Assembly: GCA_964531475.1 (NCBI GenBank)
Contig: CAZHCS010000002.1
Coordinates: forward strand, 4,548 to 68,547
Length of the DNA stretch: 64,000 nucleotides
DNA from: an uncultured Candidatus Saccharibacteria bacterium
GTDB lineage: Bacteria; Patescibacteriota; Minisyncoccia; Phycocordibacterales; CSBR16-119
Direction of reading: 5' to 3'
Position numbers and translations under genes: made by a program. Below, one piece after another: positions 39,414-50,305 of this stretch (its first letter is position 1; each line of letters starts with the position of its first letter). The notes beneath the pieces were generated by a model. It saw only the letters and a program-made list of their open reading frames with translations, ran no database searches and was not told the origin of the DNA.

Positions 39414-40265
39414 CTATTTTGAGTCAATACCAAAAAGCGTAGCCATATTTTTGAGTAGTTTAAGCCGAACTTCTTCTGTGTCGAGGTCCTTGATCTCAGC
39501 GATTTTCTTTACCGTCTCTTCTACCATCCACGGCTCACAGTCTTTTCCACGATACGGTACAGGTGCGACGAACGGCGCGTCGGTTTCCGAGAGGATTCGG
39601 TCGATAGGAGTAATCTTTAAGACTTCGTCATAGTCACGAGCAAACGTGATAACGCCTGTGAACGACAGATAAAAACCAAGTTTCAGAAACCTCTCGGCAA
39701 TAGCGGGCGTTCCAACAAAGAAATGCACGTCTCCGCGCAACCCCACAGGTCTTGCCTGTGTAGTAGATTCCAAGATTTCCAAGACATCTTCATACGCATC
39801 CATAGTTCCCTTTTGCGGACGGATATGGAGTATGAGCGGCAAGTTTTTCTCGATTGCCAAATCAATTTGTTGTATAAAAATTTCTTTCTGCAAATTCTTC
39901 GTCGCTATATCATTCTCATCAATTCTGAAATAATCAAGCCCACATTCGCCAATAGCGACGACTTTTTCCTTCCCAGCAAGCTCGCGGAATTTCTCCATCG
40001 TCACGCCGAAGCTTTCAGTGTAGGCGGAGCCAGCATCACTCGATGCTTTCGCCAAAGGCTCAAGCATGGCACAGGGATGAAACCCGACGGACGCAAAAAG
40101 GTTTGCACTTAGTGGCGCGATTCGTACAGCTTCGGCTGAAGTTTCGTAATCGGTTCCGACAGTGATAGTGCCGATTTCTTTTTCTTCGAGGATTTTAATA
40201 ATCTCTTCCTTGCGCTCGGCAAGTGGCGAGAGATTTAAGTGCGAATGAATATCGAAATATTTCAT
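39414..40265 (-). CDS. tatD: TatD family DNase
   Basis: DIHSHL, GFHP, AIGECGLDY, ETDAPF..P. Confidence 0.93.
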   Translation of the reverse strand: MKYFDIHSHLNLSPLAERKEEIIKILEEKEIGTITVGTDYETSAEAVRIAPLSANLFASVGFHPCAMLEPLAKASSDAGSAYTESFGVTMEKFRELAGKEKVVAIGECGLDYFRIDENDIATKNLQKEIFIQQIDLAIEKNLPLILHIRPQKGTMDAYEDVLEILESTTQARPVGLRGDVHFFVGTPAIAERFLKLGFYLSFTGVITFARDYDEVLKITPIDRILSETDAPFVAPVPYRGKDCEPWMVEETVKKIAEIKDLDTEEVRLKLLKNMATLFGIDSK

Positions 40266-40266
40266 A

Positions 40267-41691
40267 CTAATCTTTACGCAAAAAAAGTGGCTTTTCTGGT
40301 TTTTTATTCTCTTTGATGAGTAACTGGATTACTGATGACGTTTCAGGTAAAAACGGCTCAAGAGCGACCGCGATACGCGCAAGTCTTTCAACACATGTTC
40401 GAATAATCTCTTTACCTTTTTCTAAATCATCTTTCACTACTGAAAACGGTTTTTCGGCATTAATATAACGATCAAGTTCGGTTATTTCTTTTGAAATAGC
40501 TTCCATGGACGCCTGGATATCGAAGCCTTGTATCTCGCCAGCGTAGACTGGCATTTCAACCAGAGGCTCACAATATTTTTCCGATAGCGTCATCGTGCGA
40601 CTAACGAGATTTCCAAGTCCATTGGCAAGATGAGCATTGTAACTTTCCTTAAAACGCTCAACAGTAAAAGGACTATCCTCGAAGCTTGAGATTTCAGAAA
40701 GAAGAAACATGCGAAGGGCGTCAGTTCCGTATTCGCGAGCGATCTCAAGCGGATCAACAACATTTCCAAGTGTCTTTGACATACGTACGCCTCCATCGGC
40801 AGTAATGAACCCATTTACTACTATCTGATATGAATTTGGGAGTCCCGCAGCGATAAGCATAGCTTGCCAAATGACGCCCTGGAAACGGGTATTATCTTTG
40901 CCGCAATACTGTGTCGGCGTACCATCCTGCCAAAACTTTTTGAAATTAGTTTCGTTCTCAGGCCAACCAAGTGTCGAGATGTAGTTAGAAAGCGCGTCAA
41001 ACCAAACATACATGACCTGGCTTTCGTCCCCTGGCACTGGTACACCCCAGGACATTTTCTCTTTCAATCGAGATATAGAAAAGTCTTCAAGTCCACGCGA
41101 CACGAACGCTTTCATTTCGTTATAGCGAAAATCGGGCACAATAAAATCTGGCCTTGTCTCGTAGAATGCGAGAAGTTTGTCTTGCAACGCAGAGAGCTTG
41201 AAAAAGTAATTCTCTTCGTCTATGAGCTCAATATTTGTTCCTGGATGAAGTGGACATTCTCCGTTTACGAGCTCAGAGTCAGTCTTTTCACTCTCGCAAC
41301 CGACGCAATATTTTGTTTGGTATGTTTTTTTGTAAATATATCCATTATCGGCAACCCTCTTCCAAAATTCCTGAGCGGCATGTAAATGATGCTCGTCAGT
41401 CGTTCGGATAAAATGAACTTCTGGATTAATACCAAATGCATCGACTTGTCCGCGAAAGACAGCGAACGCATCGTCCACAAATTGTTGCGGCTGCTTCCCC
41501 GCCGCTAGGGCTTTCGTGTAAATCTTCTGACCATGTTCGTCAGTGCCACTATTAAAAAAAACTTCATCACCAATTAATATATGATGTCTTGCTATGACGT
41601 CCGCGCGTATGAACTCAAGCGCATGCCCCATATGAAGCGGTGCATTCACATACGGAAGAGTAGTTGTTATGTAAAAAGGCTTACGACTCAT
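40267..41691 (-). CDS. metG: Methionine--tRNA ligase
   Basis: PYVNAPLHMGH, GTDEHGQK, YVWFDAL, RMSKT. Confidence 0.96.
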   Translation of the reverse strand: MSRKPFYITTTLPYVNAPLHMGHALEFIRADVIARHHILIGDEVFFNSGTDEHGQKIYTKALAAGKQPQQFVDDAFAVFRGQVDAFGINPEVHFIRTTDEHHLHAAQEFWKRVADNGYIYKKTYQTKYCVGCESEKTDSELVNGECPLHPGTNIELIDEENYFFKLSALQDKLLAFYETRPDFIVPDFRYNEMKAFVSRGLEDFSISRLKEKMSWGVPVPGDESQVMYVWFDALSNYISTLGWPENETNFKKFWQDGTPTQYCGKDNTRFQGVIWQAMLIAAGLPNSYQIVVNGFITADGGVRMSKTLGNVVDPLEIAREYGTDALRMFLLSEISSFEDSPFTVERFKESYNAHLANGLGNLVSRTMTLSEKYCEPLVEMPVYAGEIQGFDIQASMEAISKEITELDRYINAEKPFSVVKDDLEKGKEIIRTCVERLARIAVALEPFLPETSSVIQLLIKENKKPEKPLFLRKD

Positions 41692-42748
41692 GCTGCATTT
41701 TGGCCAAACGCTCTTTCTCTAGGTCACCAATATATTCGAGCGCCGTCACTGCGACCGGTACCGCAAGAATAAGTCCCCAAAAACCGGCGAGTCCAACGCC
41801 GATCAAAACCGATAGGATAACCACAAGCGGAGAAACGCCTGTCATTTTGTTTACGACGAGAGGCGCAATAAGGTAGCCTTCGAGCTGCTGGATGACGAGG
41901 TACAGCGCGACAACCATAAGAGCCAAACTAATGCCGCCGCCAGCGAACGCAAGAGACACGGCCGGTATCGCCGCCAAGAAAATACCAAAAGGAATTAGTT
42001 CAAATATTGCGGCCACAACAGCCAAGAGAACAGCGTTTTTTACTCCAAGCAAAGAAAGTCCCAAAAATGTGAGCAGTCCGACAAGTATTCCCAATATAAC
42101 CTGTCCCTGCATCCAAAGAGCTATTTTTCTTTGTGATCTTTTCCATAGATCTATAACATACGCCTCGCTATGTATAGGCGAAGCAATACGCAAAAACGAC
42201 TCTATGCCGTCACGCGAAACAGACAGATAAAAAGATATTATGGCGACAAGAGCGACGTTTAATACTCCGCCGAACAATGTAGATATCGTATTGCCAAAAC
42301 CTGATGCAACGACAGATAAGAAAGACTGTGCACTTGAAACCAGATTATCTAGGTTGCTAGATGTGACCGAACCTGGGTTAACATCGCCCAGCGCAGCAAG
42401 GTCGACATTTGATATTGGCAGACCCTTTGGGAAATATTCCCCTATTACCGGCAACAGGTTGACGAATTCTGAAATCAAAACCGGTACGAAGAAGTAAAAT
42501 ATCCCAACAACCACCAGTGCTGTCAAAAGATACATGACAACGACAGACAAAACACGGTTGATGCGCGTCTTTTCTTTTAGATATTCGGCGGCCGTCCTGA
42601 TGAACGATGCCAAAACAACCGACGTCAAAACAACAAAAACCAAGTGTTTGAGCTTCCAGAGTGCGGCTATGACGACACCGGCAATCAGGACCTTGAAAAT
42701 GGCCTTGCGGCTTATATTGACCGTGTAGATTTTGTCACCTTCTTTCAT
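41681..42748 (-). CDS. AI-2E (PerM) family transporter
   Basis: Multi-TM; QQLEG..IAP, G..G.ILAVP. Confidence 0.88.
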   Translation of the reverse strand: MKEGDKIYTVNISRKAIFKVLIAGVVIAALWKLKHLVFVVLTSVVLASFIRTAAEYLKEKTRINRVLSVVVMYLLTALVVVGIFYFFVPVLISEFVNLLPVIGEYFPKGLPISNVDLAALGDVNPGSVTSSNLDNLVSSAQSFLSVVASGFGNTISTLFGGVLNVALVAIISFYLSVSRDGIESFLRIASPIHSEAYVIDLWKRSQRKIALWMQGQVILGILVGLLTFLGLSLLGVKNAVLLAVVAAIFELIPFGIFLAAIPAVSLAFAGGGISLALMVVALYLVIQQLEGYLIAPLVVNKMTGVSPLVVILSVLIGVGLAGFWGLILAVPVAVTALEYIGDLEKERLAKMQHES

Positions 42749-42781
42749 ACGACCAACTATACCAGGTTTGGCCTGTATTAG

Positions 42782-44095
42782 CTACGCGAGCTTTTGAGCG
42801 AAATAGTCGGATAAATCAGCGATTTTGACACGCTCTTGGGAGCCGTCATCGCGGTGGCGTATAGATACTGAGTCATCTTGCTCGAGTGTATCGAAGTCGA
42901 CGACGACACAAAACGGCGTACCGATTTCATCCTGACGGCGATAGCGCTTGCCAATGTTGCCATTGTCATCCCAAGCGACGCGGCCAAATTTCTTTTTGAG
43001 AGCTGCGTAAACTTCGCGAGCTTTGGCGACAAGTTCTGGTTTGTTTTTAAGTAAAGGAGAGACAGCGCATAGTACAGGAGCGATTGCGGGACTTAGTTTT
43101 AGATACGCCCTCGATTCCCCATTCATTTCGTCTTCGGTATAAGCAGAAACGAGAACGGCCAAAAAAGCACGGTCGGCACCAAGCGACGGCTCGATAACAT
43201 GAGGGGTTAGTTTCTCGCCCGCCTCTTCATCTAGATATGAATCAGCAAGTCCATGAGCTTTGAGGTCAAAGTCAGTACGATACGCCAGACCGAATAATTC
43301 TTTCCTACCAAACGGGAAATCAAATTCAAAATCTATTGTGCGCTTAGAATAGTGCGCCAGATCTTCTGGAGCAACTTCGAGTTCATGGATTGTTTTCGGA
43401 TCGATGCCAATACTTGTGGCCCATTCTTTGATAACGTTTTGCCACATAGTAAATGCTTCTTTCCATTCTGATTCTTTGACAAAGTATTCTATCTCCATCT
43501 GTTCGAACTCTCGAGATCGGAACAAGAAGTCACGAGGAGTGATTTCATTCCTAAACGCCTTACCTATCTGAGCAATACCGAATGGTAGCTTTGGATGATA
43601 CGCATCAAGTGTATTCTTGAAGTTCGCAAAAATTCCTTGTGCCGTTTCTGGACGAAGGTATGCGACCGAGGCTGAATCCTCAACAGCTCCAACGTTCGTC
43701 TTGAACATCATATTAAATTGGCGTGGAGCAGAAAGTTTTCCCTTACAATCAGGACAGAATTCCTTGTCATCTATTTGATCAGCTCGAAAACGATGTTTAC
43801 ACTTTTCACATTCGACAAGCGGATCAGAAAAACCGGCTACATGTCCGCTAGCTTCCCATACCTTTGAACTCATTAGAATAGCCGCGCGCACGCCGTACAT
43901 GTTCTCACGTGAAGTTACAAACTTTTCCCACCAAGAAGCCTTGATGTTGTCAAGGAGCTCATTACCCAAATGGCCGTAATCCCATGTACCAGCAAGGCCT
44001 CCATATATTTCAGAACCCTGAAATACAAAGCCGCGCCTCTTGCACAGGCTTACTATCTTCTGCATAAGGTCAGTAGGGTTATTGGACGGTGTCAT
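42782..44095 (-). CDS. glyQS: Glycine--tRNA ligase (alpha2 type)
   Basis: SEIYGG, YLRPETAQG, FRNEITP, REFEQME, RRQDEIGTP. Confidence 0.96.
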   Translation of the reverse strand: MTPSNNPTDLMQKIVSLCKRRGFVFQGSEIYGGLAGTWDYGHLGNELLDNIKASWWEKFVTSRENMYGVRAAILMSSKVWEASGHVAGFSDPLVECEKCKHRFRADQIDDKEFCPDCKGKLSAPRQFNMMFKTNVGAVEDSASVAYLRPETAQGIFANFKNTLDAYHPKLPFGIAQIGKAFRNEITPRDFLFRSREFEQMEIEYFVKESEWKEAFTMWQNVIKEWATSIGIDPKTIHELEVAPEDLAHYSKRTIDFEFDFPFGRKELFGLAYRTDFDLKAHGLADSYLDEEAGEKLTPHVIEPSLGADRAFLAVLVSAYTEDEMNGESRAYLKLSPAIAPVLCAVSPLLKNKPELVAKAREVYAALKKKFGRVAWDDNGNIGKRYRRQDEIGTPFCVVVDFDTLEQDDSVSIRHRDDGSQERVKIADLSDYFAQKLA

Positions 44096-45977
44096 GCTGT
44101 GAATTATAGTTACTGTCGCGATTTAGTCTAGTAGTTATAGGCTGGAGCGACCGTACTATGTCTACATTGGTGAAAACATCTCGGGCAGTCAATACCGTAT
44201 CCGACACTAGATTTGGAGCCGTGCCAGACTGAGAAGACGAAGGATTTAGGCGCACCTGGAAGTTGACCTGTCTTGGAGAAGATGATGTGCCGACTCCAGC
44301 TTCGACGGTGCCGATATTCCACGTAACCTCACGGGTCGGCGCGTTATAAGTTATCGACTGACCAGACGGACTCGTCGCGCCGACCCATTCGACATAAAGC
44401 GGAAGCGTGGCTTTGACCGTCGCCCCACTGACGCGATTGATCGTGTTTGCAATACTCCAAACTATCGTGTACGTCGTCGGCTGTCCCGAAGTTGGCGGTA
44501 TAGGTCCAGAATTCTGAAACGGTCCAGAATTATACAGTGCGTGACCAGTGATCGAAAGCTGTGTGCCAAATTTTACAGTCTTTTTTATAAAGTTCTCGAT
44601 CTCCAAAAAACTATTACCAAGTTCTGGCTTGCGCCCCCTGATCGAAAGATCTATCACGATTTCAGGATTTTTGGTCGAAGAACCAGAAAGAGAAAGCGGG
44701 CGGAAAGAGAATGATAGTTCCCCGCGATCACCTGGATCGATAGTCCCAAGACGACTAGATGTTTCCCTATTCCAAATTATAGTGCGAGTTGATGAGTCGT
44801 AAAAACCGTCATCGGAACTTATGGAATCAGGATCAAAAGCAGAACCAGAAAATTGTGCCGTTATCTCGACGTCGGTTATTTTGGCATCGAGAGAGTTAGA
44901 GAAATTTATAGAGCCTTCGGTAGACTGCCCAGCTATCGCAACAGATTCTGCTCCTACGCTACCGTTTATACTAAGGGCAAGATCCAAGAATGGCTGCTCG
45001 ATGGCGATTCTGTAGCTTTCGGAATTAAATTGTGTTCCGATAGTTTGTTCGTCATTTGGGTCTGCAGTGCCGGCATAAATATTGAACGCGCGGCTCTCGC
45101 CGGCTTCGGCTACAATAACACCTTCGACGCGAATCGTTTTTTCTGCGCCTTTGTCGAGATCGCCCAAGAACCAAATATTGTTAGAAAATGTTGGCTCTGG
45201 AGTTGATCGCTTCCAATCAAATCCAGGAGGATAATCGACAATGACCATCATATTTTCTGCAGCCTCTTCGGTGTTAAGGCTAGTTACGATATCAAAGGCA
45301 ATTTCCTGGTTTGTGTTTGATACTTCGGGGCCTTTTACAGAAAGGTTGAGCGGAGTCGACGAAATATTTACGACATATAGCTCCTCTTTAACGAAAATAG
45401 CCGAAGAGCCTGGAACACGGTACTCTAAAACTATATTTATGTCTCGTGTAGTTCCCTGCTGTCCGAAAAGCACCAGGTCGAGAAGTTTTTCCGAAACACC
45501 GCCAGCCGGAACTGTACCGACAGTAAAACGATCGCGCTCAATACTTTCGCCAACACCTGCGCCTTTCTGGTATTCAAGGAGCAGGTCGGAATATTCTAAA
45601 CTTACATTGTTCTTGTTTATTATTTCTATCTTCAAAGGCAAGGCTTCGCCTCCGGAAACAAAGGCGTTACCCAAAACATTTATCTCAATATTGTCTGCGG
45701 AAACAGTATTCGATTCTCCAAAAAACATAAAGGCTCCAAATATGACAGCCAAAGAGAAGAAAGCAATAGCGCCCAAGAAGAATTTCTTGAACATGGTATT
45801 TGAAAGAAGGCTTTTTTGCTCTTTTATAACAGCGGCCGGCTCATGTTTCCATTCCGAAGGAGCTTCGCGTTCGTCTTCATATATTGGACTGCGAGGTTTT
45901 TGTTTCGGCGCAGAGCGCGGGCTGTAGAGTTTTTCTTTGAGCCGATCGAGATGGCTTTTTCCTTTCTTTGGAGGCAT
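44079..45977 (-). CDS. Membrane-anchored protein with repeated Ig-like/DUF11-like domains
   Basis: Single TM then beta-rich W..G.L..G repeats. Confidence 0.7.
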   Translation of the reverse strand: MPPKKGKSHLDRLKEKLYSPRSAPKQKPRSPIYEDEREAPSEWKHEPAAVIKEQKSLLSNTMFKKFFLGAIAFFSLAVIFGAFMFFGESNTVSADNIEINVLGNAFVSGGEALPLKIEIINKNNVSLEYSDLLLEYQKGAGVGESIERDRFTVGTVPAGGVSEKLLDLVLFGQQGTTRDINIVLEYRVPGSSAIFVKEELYVVNISSTPLNLSVKGPEVSNTNQEIAFDIVTSLNTEEAAENMMVIVDYPPGFDWKRSTPEPTFSNNIWFLGDLDKGAEKTIRVEGVIVAEAGESRAFNIYAGTADPNDEQTIGTQFNSESYRIAIEQPFLDLALSINGSVGAESVAIAGQSTEGSINFSNSLDAKITDVEITAQFSGSAFDPDSISSDDGFYDSSTRTIIWNRETSSRLGTIDPGDRGELSFSFRPLSLSGSSTKNPEIVIDLSIRGRKPELGNSFLEIENFIKKTVKFGTQLSITGHALYNSGPFQNSGPIPPTSGQPTTYTIVWSIANTINRVSGATVKATLPLYVEWVGATSPSGQSITYNAPTREVTWNIGTVEAGVGTSSSPRQVNFQVRLNPSSSQSGTAPNLVSDTVLTARDVFTNVDIVRSLQPITTRLNRDSNYNSQHDTVQ

Positions 45978-45998
45978 GAGATATATGATACCACCAAA

Positions 45999-46580
45999 TC
46001 AGATGAGTTGTGTAGCTGCGAGTGACTTGTTTACTTCGCGGATTATGTTTTTCTTTGTTGCTGCAACTTTTTCCATGACTTCGCCGTTAAAAGGACTAGT
46101 GACAAAATCATGTCCAGCCTGTTCTCCCCAATAGCCGAGCGTGTGAAGAATCTTGAGCGCGAGCAAGGCTTCGACGGATTCGATGATAGCTCCGCCCAAT
46201 TTTTCTTGTGAAGTAAATTCATAAGCGGCAACCAGGTCGTCAAAGAGCGCCGGATGCGGCTCGCCCTCTGGGGCGAGCCGCATCAAGAGCTGCAAACTCC
46301 GCACGCGCGATGGTGTCGCTAGGCTTTTTTTGGAGTTTAGTTCGTGAATCGGTCGTGCGGACACCAAACGCCAGTACGTCTTGCCTTTAACAAGCGATAC
46401 ATCGATATATTTGAAATCCTGAACGAAGAACCGGAGGCGCGATTCGATTTTCCTGATTCCGGTCGCCTTGGCATGAATCACACCGAAATCTTTTGTAAAC
46501 AAATCAAAAGTCTTGTCCGCCTCCCCACTCGAGCGAGTCCTCATAACGAACGCTTCGGTGTGATAAATGGTGTGAGACAT
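45999..46580 (-). CDS. recO: DNA repair protein RecO
   Basis: GEADK..LFTKDFG.I.A.A.G.RK..SRL. Confidence 0.85.
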   Translation of the reverse strand: MSHTIYHTEAFVMRTRSSGEADKTFDLFTKDFGVIHAKATGIRKIESRLRFFVQDFKYIDVSLVKGKTYWRLVSARPIHELNSKKSLATPSRVRSLQLLMRLAPEGEPHPALFDDLVAAYEFTSQEKLGGAIIESVEALLALKILHTLGYWGEQAGHDFVTSPFNGEVMEKVAATKKNIIREVNKSLAATQLI

Positions 46581-49500
46581 TATTTTGATATCTTCACTTC
46601 TTCCCCACCAAATGAAATATCTTTGATACCCGCAGTTTTCTTGAGTTCGTCTTCGAATCCGGTAATCACGTCTTTTTGGTTCTCTGGGATAGTGAGGCTG
46701 ACCATTTCACTTGGCAAAAGATTTTGGTCTTTGCGCATACCCTGCACACCCCGCAAGAATTCTCGAAAATCGCCTTCGCGTTTGAGTTCAGGAGTTATTT
46801 CCGTATCCAGAAAGACTCCTGGTTTTTCTTCTCCTAGATTTTCCAGAACAACATTTTTCACATTTATCTCATCAGCGATGATTTCGGTTACTTCATTCCA
46901 AAAAGGAATAGATCCGAAATCATGCTTTATAGAAAGCTTAGAAAGAGGTTGTCGAACTTTAATACCTGATTTTTGTCTCTGTTCAAGCCCCATTGTTACA
47001 AAGTTCCTCGCATGTTGCATGGTCGCTAATATTTCTGTATTAGATTTCTTCCCTTCTGGCCACTTGGCAAGATGCGCCGATTCTTCATCACGTTCGTTGC
47101 GCAGTGTTTGCCAAATATCTTCTGCCGCGAACGGCGCGAATGGGGCCAAGAGTCTCGCAATAGTTTTTAAGACATGATACAGAGTCGCCTTGGCATCAGT
47201 ATCACCATCCTTGAGACGGTCACGAGAGCGTCGCAAGTACCAAGTAGACAAGTCGTCAATGAAATCACGCAACGCACGAACTGGCTCGAGGAGTTTGTAT
47301 GAGTTCAGGCTTTCCGTCATGGAGTTCGTGAGCTCATTGAGCCGCTCAAGGATCCAGATATCGAGCACGTTGTGAGTGGCTAGTGAATAGTGACTAGCTT
47401 CTAGTGAACGATCGCGATAGAGTTCGTAGAACGCCAGCACGTTATAAAGCAGATTGAATACTTTGTTGCGAAGCTCTGCAACAGTTTTCTCATCGAAATT
47501 CTTTGAATCGCCCGGTTGATTGACCGAATACATCCAGAGGCGCAGCGTATCGACGCCGTACTTATCCATCATCTCCCACGGGTTGACGATGTTACCGATA
47601 GACTTACTCATCTTCTTGCCTTTGGCATCGAGAATATGCCCGAGACAAATGCAGTTTTTGTAAGCCTTGCCTTTACCCATGAGCGCGCCCACGGCGTGAA
47701 GCGTATAGAACCAGCCACGCGTCTGATCGACAGCTTCGGAAATAAAGTCTGCCGGATAACCCCTGCCTTTCGAGAGGAATCCGCCATCAATATACTTCTT
47801 GTTCTCGAACGGATAGTGATGTTGCGCGAATGGCATAGCGCCAGAGTCGAACCAAACATCCATGACTTCTTTTACACGACGGAATTCCTTGCCATCCTTT
47901 TCGAGCACAATGTCATCGATAAACGGACGGTGAAGATCGAGCTCTCTACTTGTCGAATTATCAACGTAGGCCTTTAAAATTTTTCCGTTATCTATCTGGT
48001 GGAACAATTTCATCGCTTCGTGATTATCGAGCCCGCGTAAAAGCTTGAACGCTATTTCATTCGTCCCCTGATGAGCAAAACAAACGATCGTTTTGCCAGC
48101 GTATTTCACCAACACCTCATCGAGGAAATTTTTTACTCGCGCTTCAAGGTCGGCCCAGCTTTCGCCAGTGTCACCACGTTTTACCAAAAATCTTTCATCT
48201 GTCGGCAATGCCTTGTACGCATCACGCGAAGCTTTGATTGCCGGATCATCTTGTGTCTGTTCTTCCCAGTTACCACTCTGTATCTCTCCGAGACGATCAT
48301 CAATGACAATATCAGCACTATCTGCATAAGCGCTTGCTGTCTGTCGGGAGCGCAGAATCGGTGAAGAAAATATAATGTCTGGTTTCTCGTCAGCCAATTT
48401 TTCTGCTGCTTCGGCTGCCTGCTTGCGACCAAGGGCTGTCAGCGGATGCTTGTCATGAGCAGAAGACGACATACGCATAACATTGTGTTCGGCCTCGCCA
48501 TGACGAACAAAAATTATCTTTGTGATTGACTGTTTTGAATAGGCCCGCAATGTTTCGACAGAATCAACAACCAATCGCTCCCCGTCCTCGCTCATCCAGA
48601 CCGGCAACGGCGTACCCCAATAACGCTCGCGCGAAATTGCCCAGTCTTTGATGTCTTTGAGCCACTCGCCGAAACGGCCATCACGAATATGAGACGGCTC
48701 CCAATTGATCGATTTATTTTCCTCTACCATTTCGTCGCGAAGTTCCGACATGCGGATGTACCACGAATCACGGGCGTAGTAGACAAGCGGCGTCTTGCAG
48801 CGCCAACAATGCGGGTATGTGTGTTCGTAATTTTTCTTGGCATAAAAGAGTCCGCGCGCAGTCAGGTCGTTGATGACGTCGACTGCAAGCGTCGGTTTAC
48901 CATTCTCGTCTTTTTCCATGGCGAACCTGCCAGAAAAGAATCCGGTGTTTGGTAGAAATTTACCATCGAGTCCGACAACGTGTTCTTTTGGAAGCCCTGC
49001 TTTCGTACCAAGCTCGAAGTCATCCTGGCCGTACATCGGCGCAATGTGAACAATGCCCGTACCGTCAACGGTTGTAACAAAATCGGCAACATAAACTTTG
49101 TGAGATTTGTCGTTTGGCTTGACGAAGTCATAGAGCGGCGCGTATTCCATTCCAGCCATCTCACTTCCCTTGTGTTCGGCGATGATTTCGTACGGTTCGG
49201 CGATGACCGAGAGGCGCTCTTTGGCAACAACTAAAATTTCTTCGCCCACTTTGGCTTCAACATAATCGATATCTGCACCGACAGCGAGCGCGACGTTCCC
49301 CGGAAGCGTCCACGGTGTCGTCGTCCAGGCGACGAAGTATGCTTTGACGAAACCTTTGATCGGAAACTTCGCAAAGATCGAGAGGTCTTTGACGTCTTCA
49401 TAACCCTGCGCGAGTTCATGACTTGCAAGTGGTGTTCCGCAGCGCGAACACCACGGTACGATACGGTAGTCTTTGTACAAAAGTCCGCGCTTCTCTACAT

Positions 49501-49993
49501 GTGCAAGCACACTCCAAAGCGATTCTATATACGAGTTATTGAAAGTGAAGTACGCATTCTTCTTGTCGACCCAATAGCCGATACGGTCGGTGAAGTCTTC
49601 CCAATCTTTTATGTATTCGAAAACAGAGTCCTTGCACTCTTTGTTGAATTTGCCGATGCCGTAGTCTTCGATAGCTTTTTTGGAATTAAGTCCAAGCTTC
49701 TTTTCAATCTGAAGCTCTACCGGCAAGCCATGCGTGTCCCAGCCGCCCTGACGGCGAACATGAAAGCCCTGCATCGTTTTATAACGAGGGATTACGTCCT
49801 TGAAAGCGCGGGCTTCCAGGTGATGGAGCGCGGGCTTGGCATTGGCCGTTGGCGGACCTTCGAAAAAGACAAATTCGCCCTCCGGAGATTCCTTTGTCAG
49901 AGTTTTTTCGAAAATCTTGTTATCCTGCCAAAATTTCAGGATTCGCTCTTCGCGAAGCGCCGCGTCGGATTTAGAGGGTTTTTCGTTTTCCAT
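46580..49993 (-). CDS. ileS: Isoleucine--tRNA ligase (type 2) with inserted histidine-phosphatase domain
   Basis: EGPPTAN, GWDTHGLP, WTTTPWTL, DWAISRERYWG, DQTRGWF, KMSKS; RHGE insert. Confidence 0.95.
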   Translation of the reverse strand: MENEKPSKSDAALREERILKFWQDNKIFEKTLTKESPEGEFVFFEGPPTANAKPALHHLEARAFKDVIPRYKTMQGFHVRRQGGWDTHGLPVELQIEKKLGLNSKKAIEDYGIGKFNKECKDSVFEYIKDWEDFTDRIGYWVDKKNAYFTFNNSYIESLWSVLAHVEKRGLLYKDYRIVPWCSRCGTPLASHELAQGYEDVKDLSIFAKFPIKGFVKAYFVAWTTTPWTLPGNVALAVGADIDYVEAKVGEEILVVAKERLSVIAEPYEIIAEHKGSEMAGMEYAPLYDFVKPNDKSHKVYVADFVTTVDGTGIVHIAPMYGQDDFELGTKAGLPKEHVVGLDGKFLPNTGFFSGRFAMEKDENGKPTLAVDVINDLTARGLFYAKKNYEHTYPHCWRCKTPLVYYARDSWYIRMSELRDEMVEENKSINWEPSHIRDGRFGEWLKDIKDWAISRERYWGTPLPVWMSEDGERLVVDSVETLRAYSKQSITKIIFVRHGEAEHNVMRMSSSAHDKHPLTALGRKQAAEAAEKLADEKPDIIFSSPILRSRQTASAYADSADIVIDDRLGEIQSGNWEEQTQDDPAIKASRDAYKALPTDERFLVKRGDTGESWADLEARVKNFLDEVLVKYAGKTIVCFAHQGTNEIAFKLLRGLDNHEAMKLFHQIDNGKILKAYVDNSTSRELDLHRPFIDDIVLEKDGKEFRRVKEVMDVWFDSGAMPFAQHHYPFENKKYIDGGFLSKGRGYPADFISEAVDQTRGWFYTLHAVGALMGKGKAYKNCICLGHILDAKGKKMSKSIGNIVNPWEMMDKYGVDTLRLWMYSVNQPGDSKNFDEKTVAELRNKVFNLLYNVLAFYELYRDRSLEASHYSLATHNVLDIWILERLNELTNSMTESLNSYKLLEPVRALRDFIDDLSTWYLRRSRDRLKDGDTDAKATLYHVLKTIARLLAPFAPFAAEDIWQTLRNERDEESAHLAKWPEGKKSNTEILATMQHARNFVTMGLEQRQKSGIKVRQPLSKLSIKHDFGSIPFWNEVTEIIADEINVKNVVLENLGEEKPGVFLDTEITPELKREGDFREFLRGVQGMRKDQNLLPSEMVSLTIPENQKDVITGFEDELKKTAGIKDISFGGEEVKISK

Positions 49994-50079
49994 CTATCGA
50001 ATTTACCATAAAAATGGCCACGAAAGAAGTTTGTAAAATTTTAAATTTTGGGTTATAAATTGGGAAATAAACCACCTTT

Positions 50080-50274
50080 ATGAAGAATATGGCGCGTCGG
50101 GTGCGTCGGTTCTTCACAAAGAAGGACCCGCGCGTAAGAAAAGTACTCTTACAGATCGTAAGGGACCTAGTTCCACCTGAAATCCGGGGTAAGGCTTTGT
50201 CATCGCACCTCCTCGCGATGCGCAAAGAAATTATCCCCGGCAGACTACAAGGTGTACGTTTTGTCCAAGATTGA
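50080..50274 (+). CDS. Small basic hypothetical protein
   Basis: 64 aa ORF after TATAAA-like site in ileS-argS gap. Confidence 0.4.
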   Translation: MKNMARRVRRFFTKKDPRVRKVLLQIVRDLVPPEIRGKALSSHLLAMRKEIIPGRLQGVRFVQD

Positions 50275-50305
50275 TGGCTGGGTCTCTGACCTGGCCATCG
50301 TTCGT

